A stretch of 62,456 nt of DNA, counting the filler, from Choristocarpus tenellus KU-1152 (Eukaryota > Protista > Phaeophyceae), in NCBI GenBank assembly GCA_964200185.2. It is 7 parts of 7 records of this genome, joined end to end, with 100 filler letters (N's around TTAATTAATTAA, not from the genome) between each part and the next. Parts side by side here need not be neighbours in the genome. Positions count along the whole stretch, not along the records: positions 1 to 31,231 come from CAXNAD020000085.1; 6 more parts are not named here. One strand, written 5' to 3'. Shown here piece after piece: positions 1 through 12,741 of the stretch. Position 1 is the stretch's first letter. Each line of letters opens with the position of its first letter. Under the pieces are notes generated by a model. The model did not search any database and was not told the origin of the DNA. It saw only the letters and a program-made list of their open reading frames with translations. The position numbers and the translations under genes are program-made.

Positions 1-1145
1 GGGCATGTCTGGTATCGACTTTTTGCCTCCTGCACCCTGCCACTGGGCACCTGTTCGATAGGGCCTCCTCTCTCCCTAGGGATCTGCTGATAGGAATTCC
101 TGAGGGGGGATCTGACATGATGGTTCCAGCGGTTGCGTCGAGGCCCAGGCGTTTGCTCCTTGTCCACACTGGCTCCGGTGGCGCGCTAGGGCTAATGAAG
201 AGCTTTCCCTCCCTTGGTGGGCCTCATTTGGAAGGTCAGCTAGCTTTGTCCTGAAGGAGTCAAAACGAATCCTGTTGAGGAGGCGTGTGATCTCGTGCTG
301 AGCCCTCCTTGTGATCCTGGCGTCATGAGCTGCCAGGATGTGGACCTCTGGGGTAGGTGCAGGTGGTGCTGTTCCCCCCCAAGTTACCCAGTCTTGGCCA
401 ATAATTTCAGTCAGGTCTTCTAAGGGGACACCTGTAGAAAGAAGAGTGTGTATAGACACTCCTAAGGCCTTTATGGTAGGGCTTGTACGTACGGCTTGTG
501 AGAAGGACTCGCCATGAGGCCCTTGCTGCCTTGCTAGAAGGGTGGGTAGGGTAGCCACCAGTGATCCTACAAAAGCCGCATGCTGGCGGTGTTTCATGGA
601 AGAGAGGCCTAGACCCCCCGCACTTGTAGGCATCTGTGCCTGTACTTGTTGGTGGGTCTCTAGGCGGAGAGACCTACTGTTGCACCCTCCCTCGAAGAAG
701 TCTGTCCCCTCTGTTGCATCAGCTATCTCCATTATCCTCTCTAGTGTCCACAGGGAGGTGTTGTCCGCTTGCTCCATGGTGGAGCGTGCCAGGTGAGGGG
801 GAGTGACCCTCACCAGATAGCCTAGCCTAGAGGAGAGGGACCAGGAGTTGAGGAGCCAGGCCACCTGCTTGTCCTCCATCTCGCTGAGGTGTGTAGCTAA
901 AGCTCGTGTCCCAGAGCTCTCTATCACCTCCGCCATGTGAGCTCGAATGAAATCATCTGTTCCTACTGGAGCCCCTAGAGTGACAAAACCACTGGGGTTC
1001 GGGGCTAGGTTGATTCCTGTCGTGGAAAGGAGCTCTAGTTCCGAGGGCGTGGGTTGGTGGCCCTGGGGAGGTGCGGCAAATGTCTTGTCCATATTTAGGG
1101 TGATGCCTACCTCCTGGAGATTGGTTTTTAACTGCTCGAATATCG
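1..1145 (-). mobile_element. 5'-truncated non-LTR retrotransposon (CRE/R2-like, restriction-like endonuclease clade): end of RT, thumb, start of zinc finger
   Basis: ORF 76..1092 plus upstream in-frame 'IFEQLKTNLQEVGITLNMDKT' carries 'GFVTLGAPVGTDDFI', 'SRLGYLVRVTPP', 'QAQMPTSAGGLGL' and 'GANAW', typical of the RT C-terminus/thumb of CRE-like LINEs. After a frameshift, bases 1-75 read 'NRCPVAGCRRQKVDTRHA' (start of a CCHC finger). No introns. Confidence 0.8.
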
Positions 1146-1262
1146 ACCTTTTTTACATACGTACAACTTTTGTATATAGGTTGACGGTTTGATGTAGGAA
1201 ATATACCTCCATACCGTCACGATCGAAATTTCTCACTTACACTACTAGGTTAGAGAAGACAC

Positions 1263-4200
1263 ATGGAGAAGGCAACGACTACGGCAGCTGTGACTGTCCC
1301 AGCCGTTACCGATGGATCTAAGAGTGGAGATATCACTGAGATTTCACCTATCGAAGCAGAGGCAGAAGCTTTAAAGAGAGCTTTCGCACGCATCGATTTC
1401 CTCGTGACCCAGGACATCCTGACTGTGGCCGAGGGACATAGGCAGAGGAAGGATCTCGTCGACAGGTTTTGCTTTGCTCCCCTTAGAGGCCTTACATTGA
1501 CAAGGGCAAATGATCGAGAGGTATGTGGAGACTGTGGTTATTCTGCACTATATGTCGTTTCTCATTTGGGGCAAATTTGAGAATGTGTAAGGCCTCAAAA
1601 AATGCAAATTAGATGTCACACCTGCCGTTGTGGACCAGACAGCCCTGGTAAAGATGTGAGGGTTGGCTGTACAAAGTTTGGAGCATTTGAAGAATCGCTT
1701 TGACTATAACAAATCTTGTCGTGCCCTTGTTTAAGTCACCCTTGCCTTCTCTCTCCAGTATCCTACCTTCTATTAGATCTCACTCCGAAATGGTCTAGTA
1801 TGTTGTCGGCCTTTTTATATCCTAAGCGTCTTGTCTCCTTGTTCTGAATTGTGGGTATCTTCAGTAGCTCTTGAGTGATCCATTGGTTCATTTTCTCTTG
1901 TTGGTGTGGATTGTCCCGTGCTCCTTCTTGTTTGGGGCAAGATAAGGAAGAATTATGTTAATTCTTAGCCCAACTCATTGGCGGTATGGCGACTACACAC
2001 AGCAATACCCCCCCTACTTTGCGGTCGTCGCTACTGGCGCTTTTATTACAGGCTACTAGAAGAGGATGCTCTGAAGTCGGGAAGCATCCAGCAGGTGGTT
2101 TTGATGGCCAAGCAGGTGATATTGAAGTGGGTGAGAGTTAACTTCTATTGGTAGACCTTATCTACATCTCTATCCCTAGACCCAATAATGTAGGATTCAA
2201 GGAGGTTATTAAGTACACTGTCCAAAAATAGTCGCCTCATGTTACAGCAGAAAAAATTAAGACCGTGGAGATCCAGTTGATCACCTTGATAGTTGATCCT
2301 ACTAGCAAATAACGAGAACTAAGATGCATATTTCATGCTTCAGTTCCGGGGTTTATATTGCTTGTTATCATGGGCTTCTTGAATGTTCGTTTGGATGACT
2401 TCAAGATACCCGCAGATGGAAAATGATCTGACATGTCTAACTGATTCACTATCTTGCACCCAAGTTCAATTCTCACCCTATCCCTACCCTTGACTAATCC
2501 CTAACACTAGCTGTAAGCCTAGCCTGAAGATCATCCATTTGTTCATTTCCTTCTCCTGTTGTATTGTGTGAGGGACGGACTGAATGCTGCCTTCAAGGCA
2601 TCTTTTTTGGTGTTGAGTTTGGGTTGATGTAATTGAACAGACGGAAACATCAGATTGATTCAGGCTATGTCCTGAGACCTCTTTTGGGGCCTTTCAAGGT
2701 GTGTTGATCCTAGGTTATAATTTTAGAATAGGTTCGGTGATGTGAGTGAAGAAGGGTTGCCAAGGTCTTCAGAGTGAGGATCTGGTTTTTTGGTGGTTCT
2801 CAGTCTGGCCTCTCTTTTATGTGGGGTTAGTTGTTCCATCACACATGGCAACACAGACAGGACACTGAACAGTGCATCAGAACTGCTGTTAGTTTTACCT
2901 AGCATAGCCAATTTTGGTGGGAAAATTACTGGTATATTTTATTTGAATGCAGTGAAGCAGTATGCAGTGAAAATGTAATAGTAGTGGCATTACCTGGACT
3001 TTGAAGTTGTATTTGTTGCTTTTCTGGTGTGTACGGATTCTTGTATGTACCCAGATATTACTTTGCAATATACATATGATATCCTCCATACTTGCCAGTG
3101 TCTCAAGGGCAGTGGCAGTGCTAGTTTCTTGTTGTTTCACATAGTGGGTTATGGCCTGTACAATTGGGAAGTGAGCAATCAAGCCTTATTTTTATGCTCT
3201 TAGGTGTCAAGAAAACTTCCTTTCCCCCCCAAGATACACTTACGTTACATAGAGATTTGACGTATAGAAGAAGACAGCACTCTAGGGATTTTTATTTGAT
3301 GGTCAACCAGTTCCAAGTTATAGACTAGTCTTGACACATTGTAATATGTGTTATGGTGTACTTGTTGTCTTTTTGCTACGATGTATCATGTTTGATAATT
3401 TGATATTCCTCTTTTGTAGGACATACTGCCGTATTAAGTGAGCCAAGAATTACAGATAACTTGTGAGGTGTGACATGTGAGATTTATGTACTATAGCTAT
3501 GTATGTGGTGTTTTGCTGATAGTAAGTGAGTGGACTAAATAGTTGCCAAACAAAAATTGAGACAGGAAGGACCGATGACAGAGGCACTGAAGGAGAGGGG
3601 GAAAGAGATCTTGAAACTGTTGACAATCAAGTGAAAAAGGATGGCAAGGATGGAAATGATGGCAAGGAGGGTGCAAGTATGAAGGGTGGGGACCAGGAGA
3701 ATGGAGGCATGCCATCACATGATACATCATCTCAAATGCACTCTGGATATGGAGATGGCGCAGCAAAAGACAGCATACATGCAAAAGACATTGTAGGCAA
3801 TACACCACAGGTGAGGCTTGATGATACTGATGTGGACTTTGAATACAGTTATCTCCAGAAGATAGATAAAACCTCTTGCTTTATATTCTTTTTGTTGGAA
3901 TTCACTCCCACCTTCGATGGATTTGATATTTTTATTGGTACAGGGGCATATTTTTTGATGACCTGTACTATTTTACTCTCAATATTTGTTTCATCAAAAT
4001 AATATTTTCAATTGTGAAATTGTAGAAGTTAAGCTCATCATTGTGCTGCGTGCTTGTGGCTAGTGGTGCATGTATTCTCAATCCTTGCCCTTGGCATTGC
4101 TGTTTGGTTGATACCTTCCATTTCTTGTGTACTGTATGAGTTCTGTTAGTGATGCATGCAGTGGTGGTTGACATTGTGTGGTTGGCTTGTGTTTTCAGGT

Positions 4201-7155
4201 ATATGCATAATATAGACAAAATTGCACCAGTGGTAGACCTGTTGATGACTGACTCTTTGATTGCATCATCAGGATAATTCCATTTTGTCCCCACCCTCCT
4301 AAGGTGACATGTATGAGTACATTCTCATAACAATGAGTTGTGCTGTCCCTATTTGATTTCTGAATCAATATTGGTGACTGTAAACCCAATATCTGTAAGT
4401 TACTGTTGAGAACTGTTAACAGTGTTTATAGTGGTGATTGGTGTTGCTGTTCATTTGTCAGGAGAAAAGAGAAGATCCGATATGCAGGCAAATGGGTTGC
4501 ATCAAAGGAGCCAGCTTTGCTTATGAGGGGCTCAAGCCGCAGTTCTGTTTCACACACAGGTAGAGTACAAATAAGCAGTATGTAAGTGGCAAGGTGTATC
4601 TTGCATATTCTGTTGAGGGAATGGACCTTGCAAACGTTGATTTGTTGTGTGAGTACATGTAGTCACTTCTTCAAAATTTGGAAAATTGGCAGGTTAGAAC
4701 CTTACTGGATAGGACCTACAATATGTGGAATGTTGGTGTGAAACATCTTGCCTTGAAGCAAAACTTATCATCATGGTGATGGTCATGCACACATTGATGA
4801 TGGGGGGAGAAGTAGTGTTAGTCCCTTGTGTTCTACTGGATTAGAGAAGGAACTAGTATCTATCTGTTAACAACTGTCAAAGTATAATAGTGAATTTTGA
4901 ACCTATTTTACAACTTACAAACTACTAGGAGAGAAAGTTCATCTAAATAAGCGGTAAATTCCACTCTTGGAAACTTTGTGATTTGACATAGCTGGAGAGG
5001 CTATGATTTCTGCCTACCATTATCCTCTCAATTTTTGGATGACATGTATGCAAGGTTTTTGGGGTTGTCTCCTTTTTTTTTGATGCATGAAGGAATGAAG
5101 ATAGGAAGCGGTTGGAGTGTTCATATGACCACAATACAAAACCTTTCCATTTGAGGATCAATATGACAACAGTGAAGTAGTATATATTGCTGTCAAATGG
5201 CTTTGATTAAATGGACGTGGTGATCTGTGAATACATCTATTCTTCAAAGAGAAAATGGTCTCTACTGGGTCTAGAGGGAGGAAACCTGAGAATATGTTGT
5301 TCTTGCTTCCCCTTGACTCCACTGGTAGGTGACATCTCTGGTTTATGTTGTAGTAGTGATGGCCTGTGAAATGATGAGTAATTCTCAACTTTGTGGCTTC
5401 TGGTCAAATGAATTTCACTGTCAGAATGTCTCAAGTGACCCCACCCACACTTGTACTGTGTAACTGGTCATAGGGAAGCTGTGGTGCACCTGTAACTGAA
5501 AAGATGTTAAGGCAGTTGTAGTTACCTCAATGATCCAGTAATATGTGAAATATCCTCAAATCACTACTTCACTGCTGGAGGCAGTGTTTGTACACAAAAG
5601 GAAGCTGGTTATGAAGACAAAGCAGTATGTGCATGGTGTTCCTTAAGATGTACTCAATAATTGCAGCTAAATGCGACAGGATTGCCAGTCTTACTCTGAC
5701 AGCAGGTACAGTGCTACTCTACCTCCTTAACAAAGAATGGCCCATTGCACAACATCAATGAGGGATCACTCTTGAATAGAAGCTGGAAGGCGGAGGGCGA
5801 TTCACAACAAGCCTGGTACTCTGTACAGTCATTGTAATGTACAGTCATTGTAATGACTTGACAGTTATCCCGACAGCAACAGATTTGTCATTCAGGATGG
5901 AGGAGCTGTACTTGCTCTAGGGTGGAAAGAAGGCTAATGGGGGTTGAGTTATATTCTAAATTCCACTGTTCTCTTGTTATACCACCTTGACTTGTCCCAT
6001 TCTCACTAGGATCTTATACTATTTGTATGATGTATGATATTTAATAATGGGCAAGTGCTGTTGAGGACCCTGGAAATTTTGGTACAAAGAATTTCCTGCA
6101 GTGCCACTCTGTTTAAAAGGGGGCTTATTCTGAGGATGCAATAACTGTAAAGAGAAGTGGCGCATTCTTCCTCTGAAAAACAAGGGTGGGTAGTACGTTG
6201 GTAAAATTAATGTACAACATTTTTTTAGCCATATTTTGCTGCAAGTTTTTTTTTTGCATACTTATCTGCACTATTAATATCTGTATTGCCAACAAGGACC
6301 ATGGAAGCTAGTTCATGCCCTTACACTTTAAATTTTGTTTTGGTTTTCAGTTACATTGTTGTACTCACCACTTGTTCTCCTGCTGATACTATATTTTCTT
6401 ACAAATGCTCACTTCCAGTTTTTGAGATTTTTAGTGAGGATCCTACAATAAATAAAAATGACCAGTATTTAGAGTACTACATTCCTCTCTTCAGGGTACA
6501 ATTTGAAGTACAATTGTTGACAGTGATCATGGGCATGGTCATCATTACACCTACTTGCACACAGCAGGTTACGAGGAATGACTGGCCTCCAAAGTCACTG
6601 CATTTTGGAGGACTGCCACCGGCAGGCATACTATAATTTTAAGGGGGAGAAGCGTGCAATATATTGCTCAACACACAAGCAATTGGGGATGCTCAATGTC
6701 CGGCATAGGCTATGTGAGGGAGCTGAATGCCCTGTAACACCCACCTTCTCCTTTGCGGACGAGAAACCCAGGTAAATGTTATGAACACATAGAGTAATCT
6801 TTGAGTTGTGCATGTTGGTTGTTGCAGTTGTCAATTTTCCCAACCATAGTGACACTATATCAGGGCATACTTTTGGTGCATTCTAACCTGACTATACATT
6901 GTGAACCTTTACTCAAGGTTTTGTGCTGCCCATAAGGAGCCAGGCATGGTAGACAATAAGTCTAGGACATGCGAGCATATGGTGGATGGCAAGCGCTGCA
7001 AACACTCACGAATATACGGACTTGAGGATGGTAAGGCAAAATACTGTAAAAAGCACAAGACAGATGGCATGATCAACATAAAGAACAAGAGGGTGCAAGA
7101 GAGGGATAGGGAGAGGAAAGAAGAAGCTAAACGTTTGAAAATTCTAAAAAATTAA
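1263..7155 (+). CDS. Spliced gene encoding an EsV-1-7 cysteine-rich repeat protein (4 repeats) with a low-complexity linker
   Basis: Exons 1263-1520, probably 2052-~2130 and a short one near 3420, ~3530-3810, 4462-4559, 6568-6771, 6918-7155. GT-AG junctions of the last four are phase-consistent. Repeats: CRQMGCIKGASFAYEGLKPQFCFTHRLRGM, CILEDCHRQAYYNFKGEKRAIYCSTHKQLGM, CEGAECPVTPTFSFADEKPRFCAAHKEPGM, CEHMVDGKRCKHSRIYGLEDGKAKYCKKHKTDGM, matching the C-x4-C...C-x2-H-x3-GM pattern of the EsV-1-7 domain. Middle exons are less certain. Confidence 0.8.
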
Positions 7156-7609
7156 AAAGTGGTGTCAAAAAAACACAACTGGTTCAGCCATACCCTGGAG
7201 TGTGGATGTGGTCTTGCTATTGAGTGAAATGTATCAACAAAATATGCAATTCTTGATACTATTTTCACTGTCAAATTGTATTATTGATTAGACTCCTAGT
7301 CATGACAATTACATCAAGTATAGATGAGGGTAATCACAAACAGTAACCCTAACCTTCATCAACTGCATCACACAAACTTCTCAACTACCATTCCCATTCC
7401 CAAGAAACAAAACACACAAAAACATGTGCCTTTATCCCTTCCATACATTCCCAATTGAAGCTGTACATTTTCTATATACGATTGTTTCCTTCTTATCTTG
7501 CTACAAAACACAAAGGGAGAGCCAACTACAGTATCTTCACGTCTACACACCAACATTGGACACAAGAAAAAAATTCTTGGTTCCTTCAATCTGTCACCCT
7601 TGCTTTCCC

Positions 7610-10600
7610 TCAGGCATTGAGAATCCCTCCCATACCGAAGTGAATTGCAGTAAGCAATCCCTTGCGCATCTCCTCCTTAGTCCGGTACTCCGGCAGCTCC
7701 ACTGAGAAGAAACATGTGTGACTTACAGGCAATGCTGCCTTTCCACAGTTGCTGAGCAGAGAGTTCAGTGAAGCACAACAACAGAGCATACCAAACATTT
7801 TAGCCCGGGATTCTCATCAAACAGGAGATACCCTCAGAAAGATTATGAGAATGATACACATTTCTCTTGTACAGGAGAGATAAAGATAGATAATCACTGG
7901 GCGCTGTAACTACAGTTTTGAGTCTATGATAACCACACCTGATCTTCATGTTAGTCTGCCAATGTGCTTCGGGAGGAAGACGTGAGCGGCCCCAAGCAAA
8001 GCGCACGAAGCCACTCTGTTCTTCAGGTGTAAAGGAGGCAAGCACCTGAGGGGAGCAAGAGGAAATGCTTACTTTCTTGCATTGCAGCAGATAATTCACA
8101 TTGTTTATCTACCATACTACATACTAGAGAGCATCTGAAAATCTTGTAAACTACCTTGCTCAACGTGTGCGCAGTTTACATTCTCCCCACCAAATAATTA
8201 TCAGATGGGTCAATTATCCTCAGTTTGCCACAGTAGGAGGATGACACATCCACACTTTGCATACTAATGAGCAACTGTCCTGGCAGCGCAAATGAATGGA
8301 TCACCCCATTGGTGAGTACTGTTTTCTTCTGCAAACAGAGAAGGTAACTCATGTTGAGCTTTAAGTTAAATTCATCTGTTCATCTGCATTCTACCAACCA
8401 AAAGTAATAATCTCAATCAAACTCAGCAATGGCTCAGTAACATCCACATGTTCACACACAACTACAATAGCTGACAACGCATCTAATACGATGTCATTGG
8501 AAGCATTGCCCATGTAAAAATAGACAAGATAAGGGGTGAGTCCATTCAATCGGGATTTTTTTAATCTTTCAACTCATACCTTCCACATCAGCACTATTGT
8601 TGGGTCATCTGCTCGGAATCCCCGATACTCAGTGTGCTTCTTCCACAAATCAATGTTAAACACTGGCTCTCCAGCCACAGCAATCTCCAATTGCTTTGCT
8701 GTGAAGAGGCGTAGAACCTGTCAAAAAGAGATAAAAAAAACAGAAAATACAAATATACCTTCGTTTAACAGGAAGTATACATACTTCAGTACATAATGAC
8801 CATCCCATACATGAACTGGTTTTTAGCACCCATTGCAACATCATGACTGAGTCCTTTAGGCATCCTGTCCAGCTCTAAAGAAAATCTAAGGATCTCCTAA
8901 CTGCTTTTTACAAAACTTGCAAGCATCGCACAAGCACAAGATTAGTTGCTGCTCCATTGAGCACTAGCGTCTTCACAGGTCAGCGGTTTTCAAGGCCAAC
9001 TAAAGCATTTGTGGGAGGATGACTGAGAAGCAGTTTGCAGAAGACAGGAATAAAGGCAGTGCAGTTAAGATATACTGGAAGAGGTTTTGAGGTATACCAG
9101 TACCCAAATGTGTAGTGCCTCTAACCAGTTGATCTAGTCCCCAGGCAAATATGAAGATAATAGAAATAACTATACATAGTGTCCATGATTTCTACGCCTG
9201 TAGGAACCTGTAGGGCTCTTCTTCTTGAAACTGTCTATCTAGTTCCTATGTTTTCATCTGGCCAGGCCATAAGACAGGACAGTATTGGAGAGCATAATTT
9301 TATCATCATAAGAAAGGGTCACTACACCCCAGAACTTCTGAGTCGATGTTACACCAAACTATGCTATTCCTAACAACCAAGCATACTCTTAAGGCAAGAA
9401 AGGGTCAACCAATGGTATGCACCGGACTCTTGCATCAATTGTTGGGTAGGACATATACTACTATTAACAATAAGACTCACCTTCATTGGCACAATCTCCG
9501 ATAATCCCTGAGCAATGGCAGCAACCTGATTACACATCAAGTGCAAGAATAGAGGCAAGGTGGGACCACTACAGAACTCAGGAAGTAGTTGCAGCTGTTG
9601 ATGAGAGGGAGGGGGTTGTGACTATTCCAAATCCATATAGAGTACATAGAGTACTCAGCATCATCTTGCCTTCAGGGCTGTATTTTATATTGAATTGCAT
9701 AACATTGCACTAAACTTTCCCCCACTCTCACTCCCTCACACAAGATGACCACATCACACCTGAGCATCAAACTCATGCAACCTTGCATGCTCCACCATGT
9801 CACAGAAGGTGTAGCGGTTGTGGAAGGTCACTCTATGGGTTGAGCCACCAGGCGCCAGGTCTCTCTCCACCCCATCACTTCCAGTACAGGTGAAGAAGAG
9901 GCGTTCACCGTACTTATCTATCAATAACATAGTTCAATAACATAGTATTGGATTGCAATGGCACAACATCAGCTATTCGTCACACCATTGGGGTAAGATT
10001 TCTGTGGCATGGAGTAGAGAGCATGAGTTGCTGAAACAATATCACACCTCTAAATATAATTTGATGCTTCATGGTCACATCAAACAAGGTGTCACCATTG
10101 AGTCAATATCAGAGTGGTTCACATTAGCACGCCTAGGACAATTTAACACTAAATGCTAGTGCTGCATTAGAACCTTGACCATATTTGACCTGGAACATCC
10201 GCTTTATCAAGGATAGCCTCAACATCAAGGAGTCAGTCGCTCTACATTCTCATTGTCCACCACTAGGCTTGAGCTCAATGTCCATTGCCAATGCAACACA
10301 CACCTCAATTTCGGTCTGTATCATTAGTTGTCTAGAACAATTGCAGTCATTTGTTAAATTATTATTATTATAGACACTATTAATTCAACACTTTTGATCT
10401 TCTCAAACACACAGTCTTAAATTGTATACCATACTAAGCAATAATAAAAGAAATGCGGCAAAACATTGAAAAAGAAAAAGGAACTGACAAAAAAAACTTG
10501 CTCTTGATACCTCTTGTTACCAACTGCTTGGGGCATTTGCTCTGTATAAAAAATATGAACTGATATTATGCAAGCATACCCTACTCAGGGAGTACATGCT

Positions 10601-12741
10601 GTATGTCAATCCCTTCCCTGAGGAACCAGTGTTGTTCAATATAGGAATCTATTAATTGGGCCTCACCTGCAAACTCGACCTCTGAAGTTAACCCATCATC
10701 CTCACAGTCCCGAATGGCCGTGAGGAACTGGCAGGTTATTGTGTCCACCATGACAAGATCGTCAAAGCCAATATGAAGGCCCTAGGTAAATGAAGTGGGT
10801 ATGCCAGGGGGGTCAAAAGAAAGCATACAATGGACAGTAACCAATACGATCTTGATAATTTTGTTGCCAACTGTACCAACAGTCACAAAAATGCATCTTG
10901 TTACTATCCAACAGGAAAACAACTTGAAAAAAGTCACATCACATACTTTCAAAATAGAATTTCTTTAAAGGGCCTGTTATATTCTGCAGGAAAAAGAAAG
11001 CTTATCAAAATAATACTGTCCATACATGAGGAAAAAGGCATACAAAAAAAACAGTTGGTACATACCAGGAGACGCTTCCAGATCATCCCAGGTAGCTGGA
11101 ATGGAAGGCAGAGACGTGTGCGCATGCTCACCCCCATCAGGCGACCCACAAAGTGCAGCATGTTGAGTGCCAATGGAGAGGTGTGCTGCGGATTGGGAAC
11201 ATACTTCTCATTGTTCTTTGTGCAACAGCACATGATACAACGGCAGGCAGAAACATTCAAAGAACATGATACAAAGGCAGACAAGGAGAAATTGGGTTGT
11301 GTCCTTGATTTTGATATTGCATTAGGGGAGGATGTGAGAGCTGCTCATATTGATACTGTACTGCGAGATCAACTTTAAAATCCTACTCATAGGAATATTC
11401 ATCTAATAAACCCCTCTTGTTCTAGGATTACTATCTATAGTAATAGAATGATAGACATGTTCTTTCACATCATATTAGAACATATACCAATTGCTGAAGA
11501 GGAGACTGCAGAAATACAGCTATACAGAGACATCTTGGTTGGCTCTTGTCAGCTATAAACACAGAGAGGAGAAGAAATAAAATACACTAAATATGTATAG
11601 TCTGCAACATGCATGACAGTACAAAATATGCCTTTAGAACATTTATTTATTATTAACATTATGGACAAACCTTCAAGAGGACAACAATGATAAACCTACA
11701 AGTGTATCAAATAAAATCCCTAATACAGAAAAGCACACAAACTACCCTCTGCATATAAATACCATATAATACCATATTTGCAGCAGAACTGATTATGCTA
11801 TGATTGCTTCACTCACATCTCTGCTTGAGAGTAGTTTGGTCCTTTACATATATAGCCCAATCTCTCCCTTCATGCATCCCATTGACACAAGTTACACAGT
11901 AAATGCACAATAATCGATTGTACTGAGAATAGCAAATACAATAAATGCATCACGATAACCCACACCTGACCAGTTGCTTGGCGGCCATTAGGGCACTGTA
12001 TGAGGAGATTGAAATTGGGAGAGAAGAGGTCCTCCACCATTCTTGAAACCCCCTCCCTGAACACTCCACCAGCATCCACGCCTTCTTCCCCCACAAAGGT
12101 CACCTTAACAAAGCAACATTAAGCAAGAGATTGTCAACAATTACTTGGACAGAGAGTGGGAGGAAACTGGACAACAACCACATTAAAACAACTTTAAACA
12201 AATTTCCCTTTGATTCAATGTACAATACAGAAATTTGAAAAGTGAGACAGCGATCCCATGTCAATTTTTCAGTATAATTTCTTGTTGAATGGGGAGCACA
12301 TTTCATGCTTAGTCCCTTTCCCTTACACAAAGTCAATCCTTCTCAAACCATTTGATATTACAAATATGAAATCAATAACATAAACTGACTTGTGTACAGT
12401 AGATCCAAATGTTGGTGCCACTCAAAAGGAAACAAATATATCACCAATATGGAACATTGAAATTCCAGCAACAGATGGAGATGTACATCTACTTTCTAAT
12501 GGTAACTAGTATATTAATAATTGGACTTTCCTCTATAAACACTATTGATTTGTTCCACACCTGGAAGACCCTTCCTCCATCCCATACATTGCGAAGCAGC
12601 TGTGGATCCTTGTTGTGCAACTGGTGGTATGCCTGCACAAAAACACACTGGCTTGATGTCAGATCCTTCTCCTCCTTGTCCCTGGAAGTCATAGCTTTCA
12701 CATTATCTAATGTCACACAAACACAATCTCCTCCATTACCC
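7610..12741 (-). CDS. HECT domain exons of the E3 ligase
   Basis: Phase-consistent exons 11966-12103 (VTFVGEEGVDAGGVFREGVSRMVEDL), 11066-11215 (FVGRLMGVSMRT), 10667-10781, 9760-9917 (ERDLAPGGSTHRVTFHNR), 9481-9525, 8580-8717 (FTAKQLEIAVAGEP), 7939-8045 (FVRFAWGRSRLP) and 7610-7751 (LPVSHTCFFSVELPEY, with the catalytic Cys). Confidence 0.93.

Noticed and set aside
4462-7155. Integrated phaeovirus (EsV-1-like provirus)
   Set aside because: The EsV-1-7 gene has spliceosomal introns and no viral core genes or gene-dense intronless region are nearby; it is a host gene with a virus-shared domain.
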